NCBI GenBank assembly: GCA_902773005.1
Contig: CACYCS010000174.1
Coordinates: 5,522 to 69,521 of the forward strand
Reading direction: 5' to 3'
DNA: 64,000 bases
Origin: an uncultured Erysipelotrichaceae bacterium
Lineage (GTDB): Bacteria > Bacillota_I > Bacilli_A > RFN20 > CAG-826
Part shown: one piece after another, positions 8,405 to 18,361 of the stretch
How the letters are laid out: each line of letters opens with the position of its first letter
How positions within the stretch are numbered: the first letter of the stretch is position 1
Translations under genes and position numbers: made by a program
Notes under the pieces: model-generated
The model's input: the letters and a program-made list of their open reading frames with translations, nothing else
Database searches by the model: none
Told to the model about the DNA's origin: nothing

Positions 8405-9796
8405 TTATTCTTCTTCGTGATGGTGATGATGGTAGCAATGATGCCCTTCTTCTTCGTTTTCGTCGCGGTCATGGCAGCAATGTCCGTCGCCATGGTCATG
8501 GTCGCATTCCCCTTCCCCTTCTCCGAATTCGCGGTCGAGGTAAGCGGGGAGATCATCGATCCTGACCTCTTCTTGGGTCTTGGATTCGAGGTTCTTGAGC
8601 TGGACGACGCCGCGCTCAAGCTCGTCGCTGCCGAGGATCAAGGCGAATTTCGCGCCGGAGCGCTCCGCCTTTTTGAACATGCTGCCGAGCTTTCCGCCCT
8701 TCATCGGCATCTCAACCGAGTAGCCGAGGTCGCGGATGTTCTCGCAGAGGACGTTCAGCTCCTGCTCGACTTCTGCCCCTAGAGGCATCGCATAGATGTC
8801 GAGGCCATCATCGATGCCTTCTAGCATCTCGTTATCGCGCATGAGCGAGTAGATTCTCTCGACCCCGCAGGCGAATCCGACGCCGTGATCGATTTCTTCC
8901 GGCCCGCCGAACTCTTTGAGCATCCCATCGTAATGCCCGCCGCCTAGAAGCGCGCCGTAATCTTTTCCGGTTGCGCTCTTTGCGTGGACTTCGAAGACGA
9001 TGTGGCCGTAATAGTCGAGGCCGCGGACCAAACCGTCATCGATCTCGTATTCGATGCCGAGGTCATTGATGATCGAGAGGGTCTCGTAGAAGCGCTTGCT
9101 GGCTTCTAGCGAGAGGTAATCCTTCATCTTGGGCGCGCCTTTGGCGATCTCTTGGTCCTCAGGGACCTTGCAATCGAGGATCCTCATGGGGTTAAGGAGC
9201 AATCTCTGGTGGCAATCCTCGCACATTCCGTCGATCTTGTCGGCAAAATAGGCTTTTAGGGCCTCTTTGTAGGCAAGGCGAGACTCAGCGTCTCCCAAGG
9301 TATTGACCTTGACCGAGAGGTTCTTGAAGCCAAGATAGGCGAGGGCGCGCATCGCAAGGGCGATGCACTCGGCGTCAAGGCGCGGGGAATCGACCCCCAC
9401 CGCTTCGACGCCCGCCTGGATGAATTGGCGGTATCTCCCTAGCTGCGGCCTTTCGTAGCGGAAGACGGGCCCGGCGTAGAAGACCTTAAGCGGGAGGTCG
9501 CTGGTGGCGTAGAGCTTATGCTCGACGATCGAGCGGATGACGCCCGCCGTCCCTTCTGGGCGGAGGGTGACGCTGCGGTTAGCTTTGTCCAAGAAGGTGT
9601 ACATCTCCTTCCTGACGACGTCGCTAGCCTCTCCCGTGGAGCGGGTGAAGACCTCGGTGTGCTCAAGGATCGGGGTCTCGATTTGGCGGTAGCCGTATTG
9701 CTTGGCGACCGCGCGGAACAGATTCTGAATGTAGGCATATCCGTCGGCTTCCGCCGCGAATAGGTCGTGGGTTCCTTTTACTGCGTTGATCGGCAT
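8405..9796 (-). CDS. hisS: histidine--tRNA ligase with C-terminal His/Cys/Glu-rich tail
   Basis: 463 aa. The segments MPINAVKGTHDLF, RYERPQLGRYRQFIQAGVE and GGGHYDGML are class IIa HisRS features. The last ~39 aa are GEGEGECDHDHGDGHCCHDRDENEEEGHHCYHHHHHEEE. Confidence 0.93.
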   Translation of the reverse strand: MPINAVKGTHDLFAAEADGYAYIQNLFRAVAKQYGYRQIETPILEHTEVFTRSTGEASDVVRKEMYTFLDKANRSVTLRPEGTAGVIRSIVEHKLYATSDLPLKVFYAGPVFRYERPQLGRYRQFIQAGVEAVGVDSPRLDAECIALAMRALAYLGFKNLSVKVNTLGDAESRLAYKEALKAYFADKIDGMCEDCHQRLLLNPMRILDCKVPEDQEIAKGAPKMKDYLSLEASKRFYETLSIINDLGIEYEIDDGLVRGLDYYGHIVFEVHAKSATGKDYGALLGGGHYDGMLKEFGGPEEIDHGVGFACGVERIYSLMRDNEMLEGIDDGLDIYAMPLGAEVEQELNVLCENIRDLGYSVEMPMKGGKLGSMFKKAERSGAKFALILGSDELERGVVQLKNLESKTQEEVRIDDLPAYLDREFGEGEGECDHDHGDGHCCHDRDENEEEGHHCYHHHHHEEE

Positions 9797-9853
9797 GAAA
9801 AAATCCTTTCGCTGAACGGCGATATTATAATCCCCTGCCTATAAAATAGGCAA

Positions 9854-12085
9854 TCAATGGGTGACGCGTTTGATGGAATATACGCCTTTTAGGCCAAGCA
9901 GGTCGCCGAATAAGTCGTTCAGGACCTTGGAATCAGGGACGGCGATGGTGAGCGAGAAAACGTCGTTCATCGTCTCTTGGATGAGGTGGGCCTTCAAATC
10001 GCTTACCCCCACCGATTTCGCGGCGATCTTCTGGAGGATCTCGGCGACGAGATTCGGGCGGTCATTGGCGTAGATCTCGATGTCGACAGGATAAGTCGCG
10101 ATGCCTAGGTCATCCTTCCAATCGACTGGGATAAGGCGCCTGGTCGCGGAGACGTTAGGGCAATTCGCGCGGTGGACGGTGATGCCTTTGCCTTTGGTGA
10201 TGTAGCCGACGATCGCGTCTCCTGGAATCGGGTTGCAGCAATGGGCGAGGGATATGGCCATCGAGGATGATCCGCCTGCCACGTGGACTGGGCAGCGGTC
10301 GTTATAGACGGGTTTCTTGACTTTGCGCAAGTCGATCTCCGGGGTCTTCTTCTTGATGCGGAGCAAATCCAAAACCGCCGATGGGGCCGGATTTTTGCCA
10401 GCGACCATCACGAAGAGGTCATCGATGTCCTGGAAATGGTATTCGTTGCGGAGCAATTCGCTATCGAGCATCTTGAGCGCATCGGCTTCCTCGACGTTCT
10501 GCGCCTTGAAGCTATCGAGCAGGGATTGCTTGCCCTGACGGATCTTCTCCTCGCGGATCAATGCGGCGTCGCGGCGCTGCAAAGCCCGCCTAATATGGCC
10601 TTTGGCCGAGGCGGTTTTGGCGATGTCGAGCCAGGAATCGTTTGGCCCTGGCGCGGATTTCGAGGTGCGGATTTCGCAGACGTCTCCGGTCTTCAGGACC
10701 GTGTTCAAGGGCACGCCGACGCCATTTACCACCGCTCCGACCGCGGAATCGCCGACTTTGGTGTGGATCTTGTAGGCGAAGTCGAGGGTCGTTGAGCCAT
10801 CCGGCAAGGCGACGACTTTGCCAAGCGGGGTGAAGACATAGACGTTCGCGCCGAAGATGTCGTTGGTGAGCGAAGCCATGTATTCGGAGGCGGTTCCGTC
10901 TTTTTGCTCACCGGAAAGCGAGACGAAGTCGCGGAACCAATGGAGGTTCTCCTCGATCTCCTTCTGCTCCTCTTTGGCGTTATAGTGATTGCCTTCTTTG
11001 TACTTCCAGTGGGCCGCGATACCTTCCTCGGCGATCTGGTCCATCTCCTCGGTGCGTATCTGGATCTCGTAGACCTGGCCATCCCCTGCGACGATCGAGG
11101 TGTGGAGCGACTGGTACATGTTGGTCTTCGGCATCGCGATGTAATCCTTGAACCTGCCGGGGATCGGCTTATAGGTCGAATGGATGATCCCAAGGATCTC
11201 GTAGCAGTTCATCACCGTCTCGGTGATAATCCTGATGGCAAGGACATCGTAAATCTCGTCGAAAGAATGTCCTTTCTGATACATTTTCCTATATATCGAG
11301 TAAATCGACTTGACGCGACTTTCCATCCTCACCTTTATCCCTTGGTCGAGCATGATGTCGGCGATGCGCTTCTTGAGGGATTCAAGGGAGTGTTTCCTGT
11401 TCTCGAATCTCTCATTGACGAGGGCAAGGATCGATTGGTAGCGCTCGGGCTGGGTGTATTTTAGGCAAAGGTCCTCGAGCTCGCTTTGGACCGTGTACAT
11501 GCCAAGGCGATGGGCGATCGGTGTGAAGACCTCAAGCGTTTCCTTCGATAGCGCGGCTTTGCGCTCCGCGGAAAGCGAATCGAGGGTCCTCATGTTGTGG
11601 AGGCGGTCGGCGAGCTTGACGATGATAACGCGGACGTCGCGAGCCATCCCTAGGAAGATCTTGCGGTGGTCTTCCGCCTCGAAGTCCTCGGCGGTGAGGC
11701 GAGAGAGCTTCATGCGCTGGATCTTGGTGAGCGAGTCGACGATTTTGGCGACGTCTTCGCCGAACATCTCCTCGATTCCTTCGATCGTGGCGTCGGTATC
11801 CTCCACCACATCATGCAATAAGCCGGCCGCGATCGTGGCGGGTCCGCTATGGAGCTGAGCCAAGATGTAGGCCACTTCGATCGGATGGTGGATATAGTCT
11901 TCGCCGGACTTCCTCTTCTGGCCTTCGTGCTTTAAGGCCGCATACTCATAGGCTTTGCGGATCAATTTTTGCGAGGATTCCGCGTGGATATAGGTGCAGA
12001 AAAGGGCGCGCAGGTCGTCGTAGGTATGCATTGGATAGCCGCCATTCTGGGGAAGGGGCGTCGCATTTTGCTTTTCGCTTGCCAT
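9854..12085 (-). CDS. relA: bifunctional (p)ppGpp synthetase/hydrolase Rel
   Basis: Track ORF 9854..12112. I moved the start to MASEKQ, which has GGAGG about 9 nt upstream and lies 5 nt after the recJ stop. It has the HD motif LLHDVVEDT, a RelA/SpoT synthetase core (YKPIPGRFKDYIAMPK, SLHTSI), and TGS and ACT-like C-terminal regions. Confidence 0.93.
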   Translation of the reverse strand: MASEKQNATPLPQNGGYPMHTYDDLRALFCTYIHAESSQKLIRKAYEYAALKHEGQKRKSGEDYIHHPIEVAYILAQLHSGPATIAAGLLHDVVEDTDATIEGIEEMFGEDVAKIVDSLTKIQRMKLSRLTAEDFEAEDHRKIFLGMARDVRVIIVKLADRLHNMRTLDSLSAERKAALSKETLEVFTPIAHRLGMYTVQSELEDLCLKYTQPERYQSILALVNERFENRKHSLESLKKRIADIMLDQGIKVRMESRVKSIYSIYRKMYQKGHSFDEIYDVLAIRIITETVMNCYEILGIIHSTYKPIPGRFKDYIAMPKTNMYQSLHTSIVAGDGQVYEIQIRTEEMDQIAEEGIAAHWKYKEGNHYNAKEEQKEIEENLHWFRDFVSLSGEQKDGTASEYMASLTNDIFGANVYVFTPLGKVVALPDGSTTLDFAYKIHTKVGDSAVGAVVNGVGVPLNTVLKTGDVCEIRTSKSAPGPNDSWLDIAKTASAKGHIRRALQRRDAALIREEKIRQGKQSLLDSFKAQNVEEADALKMLDSELLRNEYHFQDIDDLFVMVAGKNPAPSAVLDLLRIKKKTPEIDLRKVKKPVYNDRCPVHVAGGSSSMAISLAHCCNPIPGDAIVGYITKGKGITVHRANCPNVSATRRLIPVDWKDDLGIATYPVDIEIYANDRPNLVAEILQKIAAKSVGVSDLKAHLIQETMNDVFSLTIAVPDSKVLNDLFGDLLGLKGVYSIKRVTH

Positions 12086-12089
12086 GTTT

Positions 12090-13643
12090 CTATTCCTCCA
12101 CTTTCTCCGCATATAGGCAAAGGGTCACTTCGCCGCGGTAGTCATTGAGCGAGAACTTCACGTCGAGATTCGCGTATGGGCCATCGAAATCCGATTTGCC
12201 ATTATGGAAGGAGAATAGCTTCACCTTGTTCCCGAGTGGGGTGCTTAGCCGTTCCCCGTCCCGAACGTATTGGAAGGTGTCGGTCCGAAGGTTATTGAGG
12301 CGGAATACGGGCTCTGGGTAATCCATTCCGTATGGGCCAAGGGCCCTTATGGCGCGGAAGGACTCCATATTGCATTCGGAAAGGTCGATTTCCATCGCTT
12401 TCGCTTCCTTTTTCTTGGCGATGTTCTTCGAGGCCAAGCGGATGAATTCCTCGCGGAAGACCGGATAGTCCTCCTTCTTGATGGTAAGTCCCCCTGCCCT
12501 AGGGTGGCCTCCGCTTTGGACGATATAGGGACGCAGGGCTTTGAAAGCCTCGGTTATGTCGAAGCCGTCGCTGCTTCTTGCGCTTCCGATATAGCAAGAA
12601 GGGTCTTTCTGTGAGGTCGTGAAGATCACGGTCGGCTTCATGTTGGTGTGCATGACGTTATTGGCCACTAAGCCATTCAGCCCTTCTGAGATATTCGCGA
12701 CGATGACGTTCGCGGGGCAAGATGGATCGATTTTGATCTTCGAGGCCGCCTCGGCTGTGGCGGTTTTCCTCAGTTCGTTGACCTTGCCCATCCATGCGGC
12801 GATCTCGGCTTTTTTCGCACTCTCGATATCGGCGAAATAATGGACGACCCTCTGGCAGCTATGGTCCTCGACGAGGCGCCCGATCGCGTTGATCTTCGGG
12901 ATGATTTCCATCCCCAAAGTCTTCTCATCGACGAGCATATGGGTGGTGAGCATCATGATCTCGGGGTAGCGATTGGCGCGGATATAGCGTAACGCCAAAG
13001 CTAGAAGCGTCCGATTGTGCGAGCGGATCGGCATGAGGTCGCTCACCAGCGATATCGCCCCCAAAGTCAGCAGGTAGTCGTCTTTTTCTCCGAGCAAGGC
13101 CAAGGAGAAAAGCGCGCAAAGATAGCCAGCCGAGACCGGATAATCCCCATATTGGAGGAGCTTATCGTGAACGATCGCCCCGGCAGGAGGCAAAGAGGCG
13201 GGGAGATCATGGTGATCGATGATGATCGTCTCAATGCCGCGGGAAAGAAGATAGGAGACCTGATCAAGGCAAGTGACGCCATTATCGACGAGGATCACTA
13301 GCCCATACCCGGCGGAAGCGATTTTCTTGGCGTTCTCTAATGTCAAGCCATATCCGTCCTTCGCGCGCGTAGGTATATAGAAGGATGCGCCATAATGGAG
13401 CTTATGGAAGCAGCGCACGATGATCGAGGTGGCCATGAAGCCATCGGTGTCGTAATCGCCATAGACGAGGATCTTCCGCCTTTCGCTCATCGCGCGGCGG
13501 ATCATCCCCACCGCCGTTTTCACGGCAGGCTCTTCGTCGATGCGCGGAATGAAATCAAAAGAGGGCTCGCGCGTCATGCGCGCAAGCTCCTCTTCGGATT
13601 CGATTCCGAGGTGTTTGGAGAGTCGATGCAGGAAGTCCATCAA
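12090..13643 (-). CDS. recJ: single-stranded-DNA-specific exonuclease RecJ
   Basis: 517 aa with DHH motifs VYGDYDTDGFMAT, VILVDNGV and IIIDHHD, plus the DHHA1 motif GGHPRAGG. Confidence 0.9.
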   Translation of the reverse strand: MMDFLHRLSKHLGIESEEELARMTREPSFDFIPRIDEEPAVKTAVGMIRRAMSERRKILVYGDYDTDGFMATSIIVRCFHKLHYGASFYIPTRAKDGYGLTLENAKKIASAGYGLVILVDNGVTCLDQVSYLLSRGIETIIIDHHDLPASLPPAGAIVHDKLLQYGDYPVSAGYLCALFSLALLGEKDDYLLTLGAISLVSDLMPIRSHNRTLLALALRYIRANRYPEIMMLTTHMLVDEKTLGMEIIPKINAIGRLVEDHSCQRVVHYFADIESAKKAEIAAWMGKVNELRKTATAEAASKIKIDPSCPANVIVANISEGLNGLVANNVMHTNMKPTVIFTTSQKDPSCYIGSARSSDGFDITEAFKALRPYIVQSGGHPRAGGLTIKKEDYPVFREEFIRLASKNIAKKKEAKAMEIDLSECNMESFRAIRALGPYGMDYPEPVFRLNNLRTDTFQYVRDGERLSTPLGNKVKLFSFHNGKSDFDGPYANLDVKFSLNDYRGEVTLCLYAEKVEE

Positions 13644-16471
13644 TCGTTGATTCCGATGAAGATCGCTTCCTCAGGCTCGCCAGAGCGGTTCTTCTTGAGC
13701 AATTGGCCGGTCTGCTGCTTCTTTTTCTTGCGGCGCGGTTTGAATTTGATCTTGGAGAGCAATAGCGCGCACTTCTCGGCAAGGAAAGGCATGAAGCAGA
13801 GAACGAGGGCCAAGGCCATCGCAAGGCCGATCACCATGGAGAGGTAAGGGGTCTTGTAGGCGCTCGGGGAGAGGGCGACGAAGAGGACCGCGATCCAAAG
13901 CATCAACACGGCGAGGATCATGGTCGCGCTTGCGTTGCGGCTGGTCGCGGTGCGCAGGCATTCGCCGCGGAATTCGACGCCGGTCTTATCCTTTTCGTGG
14001 GATTCGCGGATGATTTCCTTTTCGCCAGCAAGGGCATAGAGTGCAAACAAGAAGGCGACGAGGGCCACCACTGTGCTTCCGATCGCAACCGTCGGAAGGA
14101 CAGAGATGCGGGTGAAGACGAAGAACGCGACCGAGGAATAGCTCGCGAGGAGGGCCGCTAGGCCAGCGGCGAAGCCACGGCTTGGACGGTAGCGGAGCAT
14201 CAGGTAGACCATCGCAACCGCGATGCCGACGCCAATGCCTAAGGAGAGTTTGCCAAGGGAAGGCTCACTCACTTCCGGGACGGTCTTGGCGAAGGAGACG
14301 GAGAAGTCGTCGACTTCGTAGACGAATTGGGTGTTGATGTAGTTCTCGAGGACATCGCTGATGTAGACGTTCTCGCTTCTGGTCCAACCGCTATCGCTAT
14401 AGGTCTCAACGGTATAGGTGGAGGAAGGATCGAAGTACTTGGTCAGCTGGATCTCGTAATAGAACCAATAATAGGTATGTCCGCCCGAATCGTCGGAGAT
14501 GTAATCCGTCTTCGGGGTCTCGGAGAGGGTGATGAGATCGGATTTCGTGAGCTGATCGAGGGATTTGAAGGTATCGCCGCTGGTGTTGATGCGGAACCCA
14601 GCCAAGAGGTTCGGATTGCCGTCGACGTCGTTGCCGGTGATCTTGTCGATGCCAGAGACGGACTGGATGTCGATGACGTCCGCGGAGTCGGAGCGGATGT
14701 CAAGACGGAGGACGGTTGAGGGGGACGTGTATGCGGAATCGTTGTAGACGGTGCCGTTTTTCACGCCGAACGCGATCATGGTCGCGATGCCGGCGATGGC
14801 GAATAGCCCGCCGACGACGCCAGCCCAGACCTTGCCTTTGGAGAAGTTGCGCTCCGCATAGGCGCCGAAGAAGGACTGCTTCTCCTCTTTCAATGCATCG
14901 GGGATCTTGGAGGAATCGATGCCGAGCTGCTTGGCGAACATGGTTTGCATCGAGTTGTCGTTGCAGAGGAGCCATGCGCCGATGCGGGTGAAGATGATGT
15001 TGAGGAGGCTTCCGAAGAATCCGCCGACGACCATCATGATGCCGGCTTTGGAGGCGATGTCGCCCGCGAAGAGGTAGACGAACACGCCGATGATGATGCT
15101 CACGACGCCTGCGTCAATCGAGGGTCCAAGGGCCTTCTTGGCGGCCTCTTGGTTGGCCTTTTTGAGGGTACGTCCCTTATAGATTTCGTTTTTGAGGACG
15201 CGGGAATAGTAGAGCGAGGAGAATAGCGAGACGACCGCGGGAGCGATGAGTCCGATGATCGCGGCGATGTTGAACTGAGCGCCGAAGAGGATGAATAATC
15301 CGAAGCTTGCCGCCATAGAGGCGAGGGCGACGGAGACGTGGGTCAAAGCGAAGATCCTTTCGGTGAGGCCAAGGATCGCGGCGAGCACCACCACTGTGAT
15401 GATCGTGGCAAGAAGGGTTCTGCCGACGGTCACATCCATCGACCAGTCGCCGAGTTTGACGAGCTGCTCAACGGTTGCTTTCGCGTCGCGCATGTAGGTG
15501 AAATTGAGGTGATAGGAACGCGAGGAATCGGAGGAATCGAAGGCATGGTAGCTCGAGGCGTTCATCATGTTCAGGAGGAACTTCGCCGCCTCATAGGCCT
15601 GCTTGGTCTTGCTCGGATCGTAATTCTCGCCGGAGATCGCCTCGGAAGCGGGGATCAATTGGAGATATGGGGTGTTTTTGTCGGTATCGGAAGAAGCGTA
15701 CCAGACGGCGTTGTCGTTGGAAGCGCCTTGGACGGTCACGACCCTGGCGCGGACGTTCGAGTCGGTCGAGGTCTTGTCATAGGTATCGCCATCCTGGCGA
15801 TTGGCCCACACGACGACGCTCGTGTTGTTGGCGGCGACGGTCTCTTGGCCGTTTTCGTCAGTCTCGGCCGCGGTCGTGTGGTCGGAGCAGTATTTGACGA
15901 GGTTCAGGAACGCTTCGCGGTAGGCATCGCCTTCTTTGAGGGGGACCACCACCACAGGAACCTTATAGGAACCCATGTCGATGTCTTCGATCCTCGCGGA
16001 CTGGCCATCGATGATGTCGTTCAAGGCATCGGGGTGGGCATAATCGTCATAGGTGGTATTGGTGGCGTCGAGCTCGAAGTCGCCGCCAGAGAAAGCGAGG
16101 TACTGCTGGAGGTAGCTGTACTGGGTGAGATTGTTGTTCGGGCTGCGAAGGGTGACGGCGATGGTGTCATAGCCTTGGGTCTCGACTTCGAATTCCGACA
16201 TGTCCCATCCGGCGAGGCGCTCGCTCACGACGGAAGCAAGCTCATCGATGACGGGGGTTCCGCCATAGACGTCGGAGCTATCAAGGAATTCCGAATAGCT
16301 CCCGTTCTGAATGGGAGAATCGGCCTCGAAGTGGGAAGCCTTGAAGTAAAGGGTTTTGCCGTCGGCGTAGGCCAAATCCGGATTGGTGGCCTTGACCATC
16401 GGGACGGTTGCGGCACCAACGCCCAAAAGCATGGCGGCGCACATAATGATGTAAGAGATATAACGACGCAT
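13640..16471 (-). CDS. secDF: protein translocase subunit SecDF (fusion)
   Basis: 943 aa. An N-terminal TM helix is followed by a large extracytoplasmic region and then two blocks of about 6 TM helices with SecD- and SecF-like spacing. Its position upstream of recJ matches Bacillus secDF. The family call rests on architecture and synteny. Confidence 0.75.
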   Translation of the reverse strand: MRRYISYIIMCAAMLLGVGAATVPMVKATNPDLAYADGKTLYFKASHFEADSPIQNGSYSEFLDSSDVYGGTPVIDELASVVSERLAGWDMSEFEVETQGYDTIAVTLRSPNNNLTQYSYLQQYLAFSGGDFELDATNTTYDDYAHPDALNDIIDGQSARIEDIDMGSYKVPVVVVPLKEGDAYREAFLNLVKYCSDHTTAAETDENGQETVAANNTSVVVWANRQDGDTYDKTSTDSNVRARVVTVQGASNDNAVWYASSDTDKNTPYLQLIPASEAISGENYDPSKTKQAYEAAKFLLNMMNASSYHAFDSSDSSRSYHLNFTYMRDAKATVEQLVKLGDWSMDVTVGRTLLATIITVVVLAAILGLTERIFALTHVSVALASMAASFGLFILFGAQFNIAAIIGLIAPAVVSLFSSLYYSRVLKNEIYKGRTLKKANQEAAKKALGPSIDAGVVSIIIGVFVYLFAGDIASKAGIMMVVGGFFGSLLNIIFTRIGAWLLCNDNSMQTMFAKQLGIDSSKIPDALKEEKQSFFGAYAERNFSKGKVWAGVVGGLFAIAGIATMIAFGVKNGTVYNDSAYTSPSTVLRLDIRSDSADVIDIQSVSGIDKITGNDVDGNPNLLAGFRINTSGDTFKSLDQLTKSDLITLSETPKTDYISDDSGGHTYYWFYYEIQLTKYFDPSSTYTVETYSDSGWTRSENVYISDVLENYINTQFVYEVDDFSVSFAKTVPEVSEPSLGKLSLGIGVGIAVAMVYLMLRYRPSRGFAAGLAALLASYSSVAFFVFTRISVLPTVAIGSTVVALVAFLFALYALAGEKEIIRESHEKDKTGVEFRGECLRTATSRNASATMILAVLMLWIAVLFVALSPSAYKTPYLSMVIGLAMALALVLCFMPFLAEKCALLLSKIKFKPRRKKKKQQTGQLLKKNRSGEPEEAIFIGIND

Positions 16472-16570
16472 ACGTTTCCTCCGCTAGCACTGAATTATTT
16501 ATAATTCATGCTGACGTGTTAAAGGATACTCTTATGCGCTCGCGCGAGCAACAAAATATTGAACCGGAAG

Positions 16571-16622
16571 CGAAAGGAAAAGTCCCCCGCCCCTTGCCCT
16601 TAGGGGCAAAAGGAAGGGGGAC
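16571..16622 (-). terminator. rho-independent terminator after ruvB
   Basis: Long GC hairpin GTCCCCCTTCCTTTTGCCCC-TAAG-GGGCAAGGGGCGGGGGAC followed by TTTTCCTTTCG on the minus strand. Confidence 0.75.
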
Positions 16623-16649
16623 ATGTATTCGAATTCGCGTTTTTGAGGC

Positions 16650-17657
16650 CTAATCGAAGATCGAATTCTGATGCGATTTCTTTAGATGTGCATAGGCGCG
16701 TTCTGTCGCGGTTCGGCCCCTTGGGGTGCGATTTATCATCCCGATCATCACAAGATAGGGCTCATAAACGTCCTCAAGGTTTGCGATTTCCTCGCCGATC
16801 GCCGAGGCGATTGCCTCAAGCCCGACCGGGCCGCCATGGAAGCGGTCGATGATGGTCGAGAGGTATTTGACGTCGACGTCGTCGAGGCCAAGCTCATCAA
16901 TTTTGAGCGCAGTCAGCGCTTTTCTCGTCGTTTCGGCGCTGATTTCCTCTTCGCCGAAGAAGGAGGCGAAGTCGCGGACGCGCTTGAAGAGGCGATTCGC
17001 GATGCGCGGGGTTCCCCTGCTTCTTTCCGCGATGAGCTCGGTTGCGCCTAGTTCGATCGGCATCTTGAAGACCTTCGAGGTGCGTTCGATGATCTTGACG
17101 ATCTCGTCCTTGGAATAGAAATCGATCTTGATCGAGATGCCAAACCTCGCGCGAAGCGGGGAGGACAAATCGCCAGCGCGGGTAGTCGCGCCGACTAAAG
17201 TAAAGGGAGGGAGAGGCAAATTCAAAACATGGCTCGCTCCGCCTTGGTTCACGAGAATCGAAAGATTGAAATCCTCCATCGCGCCGTAAAGAACTTCCTC
17301 GACGGGACGCGGAAGGCGATGGATTTCGTCGATGAAGAGGACGTCTCCTGGCTCGATTTCGCTCAAAATCGCGGCAAGGTCCCCCGCTTTTTCGATCGAG
17401 GGTCCGTTGACGAGGCGGATGTTCCCGCCCATTTCGTGGGCGATGACGTAAGCCATGGTCGTCTTGCCTAGTCCTGGCGGACCATAAAGCAAGACGTGGT
17501 CGAGGGATTCTTTTCTTTTGCGAGCGGCGGACATGAAAACCGCGAGGTTCTTCTTCATATCCTCCTGTCCCACGTATTCGGAAAGCGTTACGGGGCGGAG
17601 GCTAAGATCCGTCGAGGAATCCTCTTCCTCTCTTTTCGCGTCCAATAGCCTTGACAT
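16650..17657 (-). CDS. ruvB: Holliday junction branch migration helicase RuvB
   Basis: 335 aa with Walker A GPPGLGKTT and FIDEIHRL, plus a RuvB C-terminal winged helix. Confidence 0.95.
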   Translation of the reverse strand: MSRLLDAKREEEDSSTDLSLRPVTLSEYVGQEDMKKNLAVFMSAARKRKESLDHVLLYGPPGLGKTTMAYVIAHEMGGNIRLVNGPSIEKAGDLAAILSEIEPGDVLFIDEIHRLPRPVEEVLYGAMEDFNLSILVNQGGASHVLNLPLPPFTLVGATTRAGDLSSPLRARFGISIKIDFYSKDEIVKIIERTSKVFKMPIELGATELIAERSRGTPRIANRLFKRVRDFASFFGEEEISAETTRKALTALKIDELGLDDVDVKYLSTIIDRFHGGPVGLEAIASAIGEEIANLEDVYEPYLVMIGMINRTPRGRTATERAYAHLKKSHQNSIFD

Positions 17658-17659
17658 GG

Positions 17660-18229
17660 TTATTGCTTCCTAAGCCTCTTGAGGGCGAGTTTGAGGATCT
17701 CTTGCGCCGTGGCGCCAGGCTCATTGATCGTGGCGAGGGCATCGTCGATGTCCTTGCTCTTGAAGTCGAGGCTCTTTAGCGCAGCCTTGACCTCATCGTA
17801 GATTTCGGGGTTGCCCTTCTGCTTCTTGCCGGCGGAATCGATGAGTTTGCCGCGGAGGTCCAATATGATCTGGGCCGCGGCTTTCGGCCCGATGCCAGGC
17901 AGTTTTTTGAGATAGGCGGTATTGTTGGAGGAGATGGCTTGGAAAAGCTCGTCTGGCGTGGTTTGCGAAAGCGCGGAGATTGCGGTTTTCGGGCCGATGC
18001 CCTTGACGGAGATAAGCGAGGCGAAAGCCGCTTTCTCCAGAAGTGAGTCAAACCCGACCAAATAATGGTCGTCCTGGGTCAAAACCTCGTAGGTGTAGAC
18101 TGTTTTGGAATCGCCGATCGTATATTCAGCCGGGCGCGAGACGAAAAGCTCGTAGGCGATGTAGCCGATGTCGACGGCGATCGTGTCGTCGGATTTGGCG
18201 ACGATTTTTCCGGTTACTGAATAGATCAT
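17660..18229 (-). CDS. ruvA: Holliday junction DNA-binding protein RuvA
   Basis: 189 aa. N-terminal OB fold MIYSVTGKIV, and HhH motifs VKGIGPKTA and LPGIGPKAA. Confidence 0.9.
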   Translation of the reverse strand: MIYSVTGKIVAKSDDTIAVDIGYIAYELFVSRPAEYTIGDSKTVYTYEVLTQDDHYLVGFDSLLEKAAFASLISVKGIGPKTAISALSQTTPDELFQAISSNNTAYLKKLPGIGPKAAAQIILDLRGKLIDSAGKKQKGNPEIYDEVKAALKSLDFKSKDIDDALATINEPGATAQEILKLALKRLRKQ

Positions 18230-18321
18230 AATGTGGTCACGAATACGATGCAGACAATCACAATCACCGCGGCCGAGATGACCCCGGCCAGGAATGCGTT
18301 GAATGCTGATCTGGATTTCAT
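18226..18321 (-). CDS. 31-aa single-TM micro-protein (candidate)
   Basis: Inner start of track ORF 18226..18441: MKSRSAFNAFLAGVISAAVIVIVCIVFVTTL. GAGAAAGGG lies upstream. Its TGA stop overlaps the ruvA ATG (ATGA), which implies translational coupling. Confidence 0.45.
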   Translation of the reverse strand: MKSRSAFNAFLAGVISAAVIVIVCIVFVTTL

Positions 18322-18361
18322 TATATACCCTTTCTCGGCGGTTGGATGGTTCTTGCCCTCA

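Noticed and set aside
8374-8782. 81-aa minus and 121-aa plus ORFs over the hisS 3' end
   Set aside because: They are alternative-frame products of the His/Glu-codon-rich tract. They have no RBS and overlap well-supported hisS/aspS coding sequence.
15338-16504. 388-aa plus-strand ORF
   Set aside because: It is antisense to secDF. Its composition (Gly/Val/Asp/Ile runs) is typical of a reverse frame, and no RBS is present.
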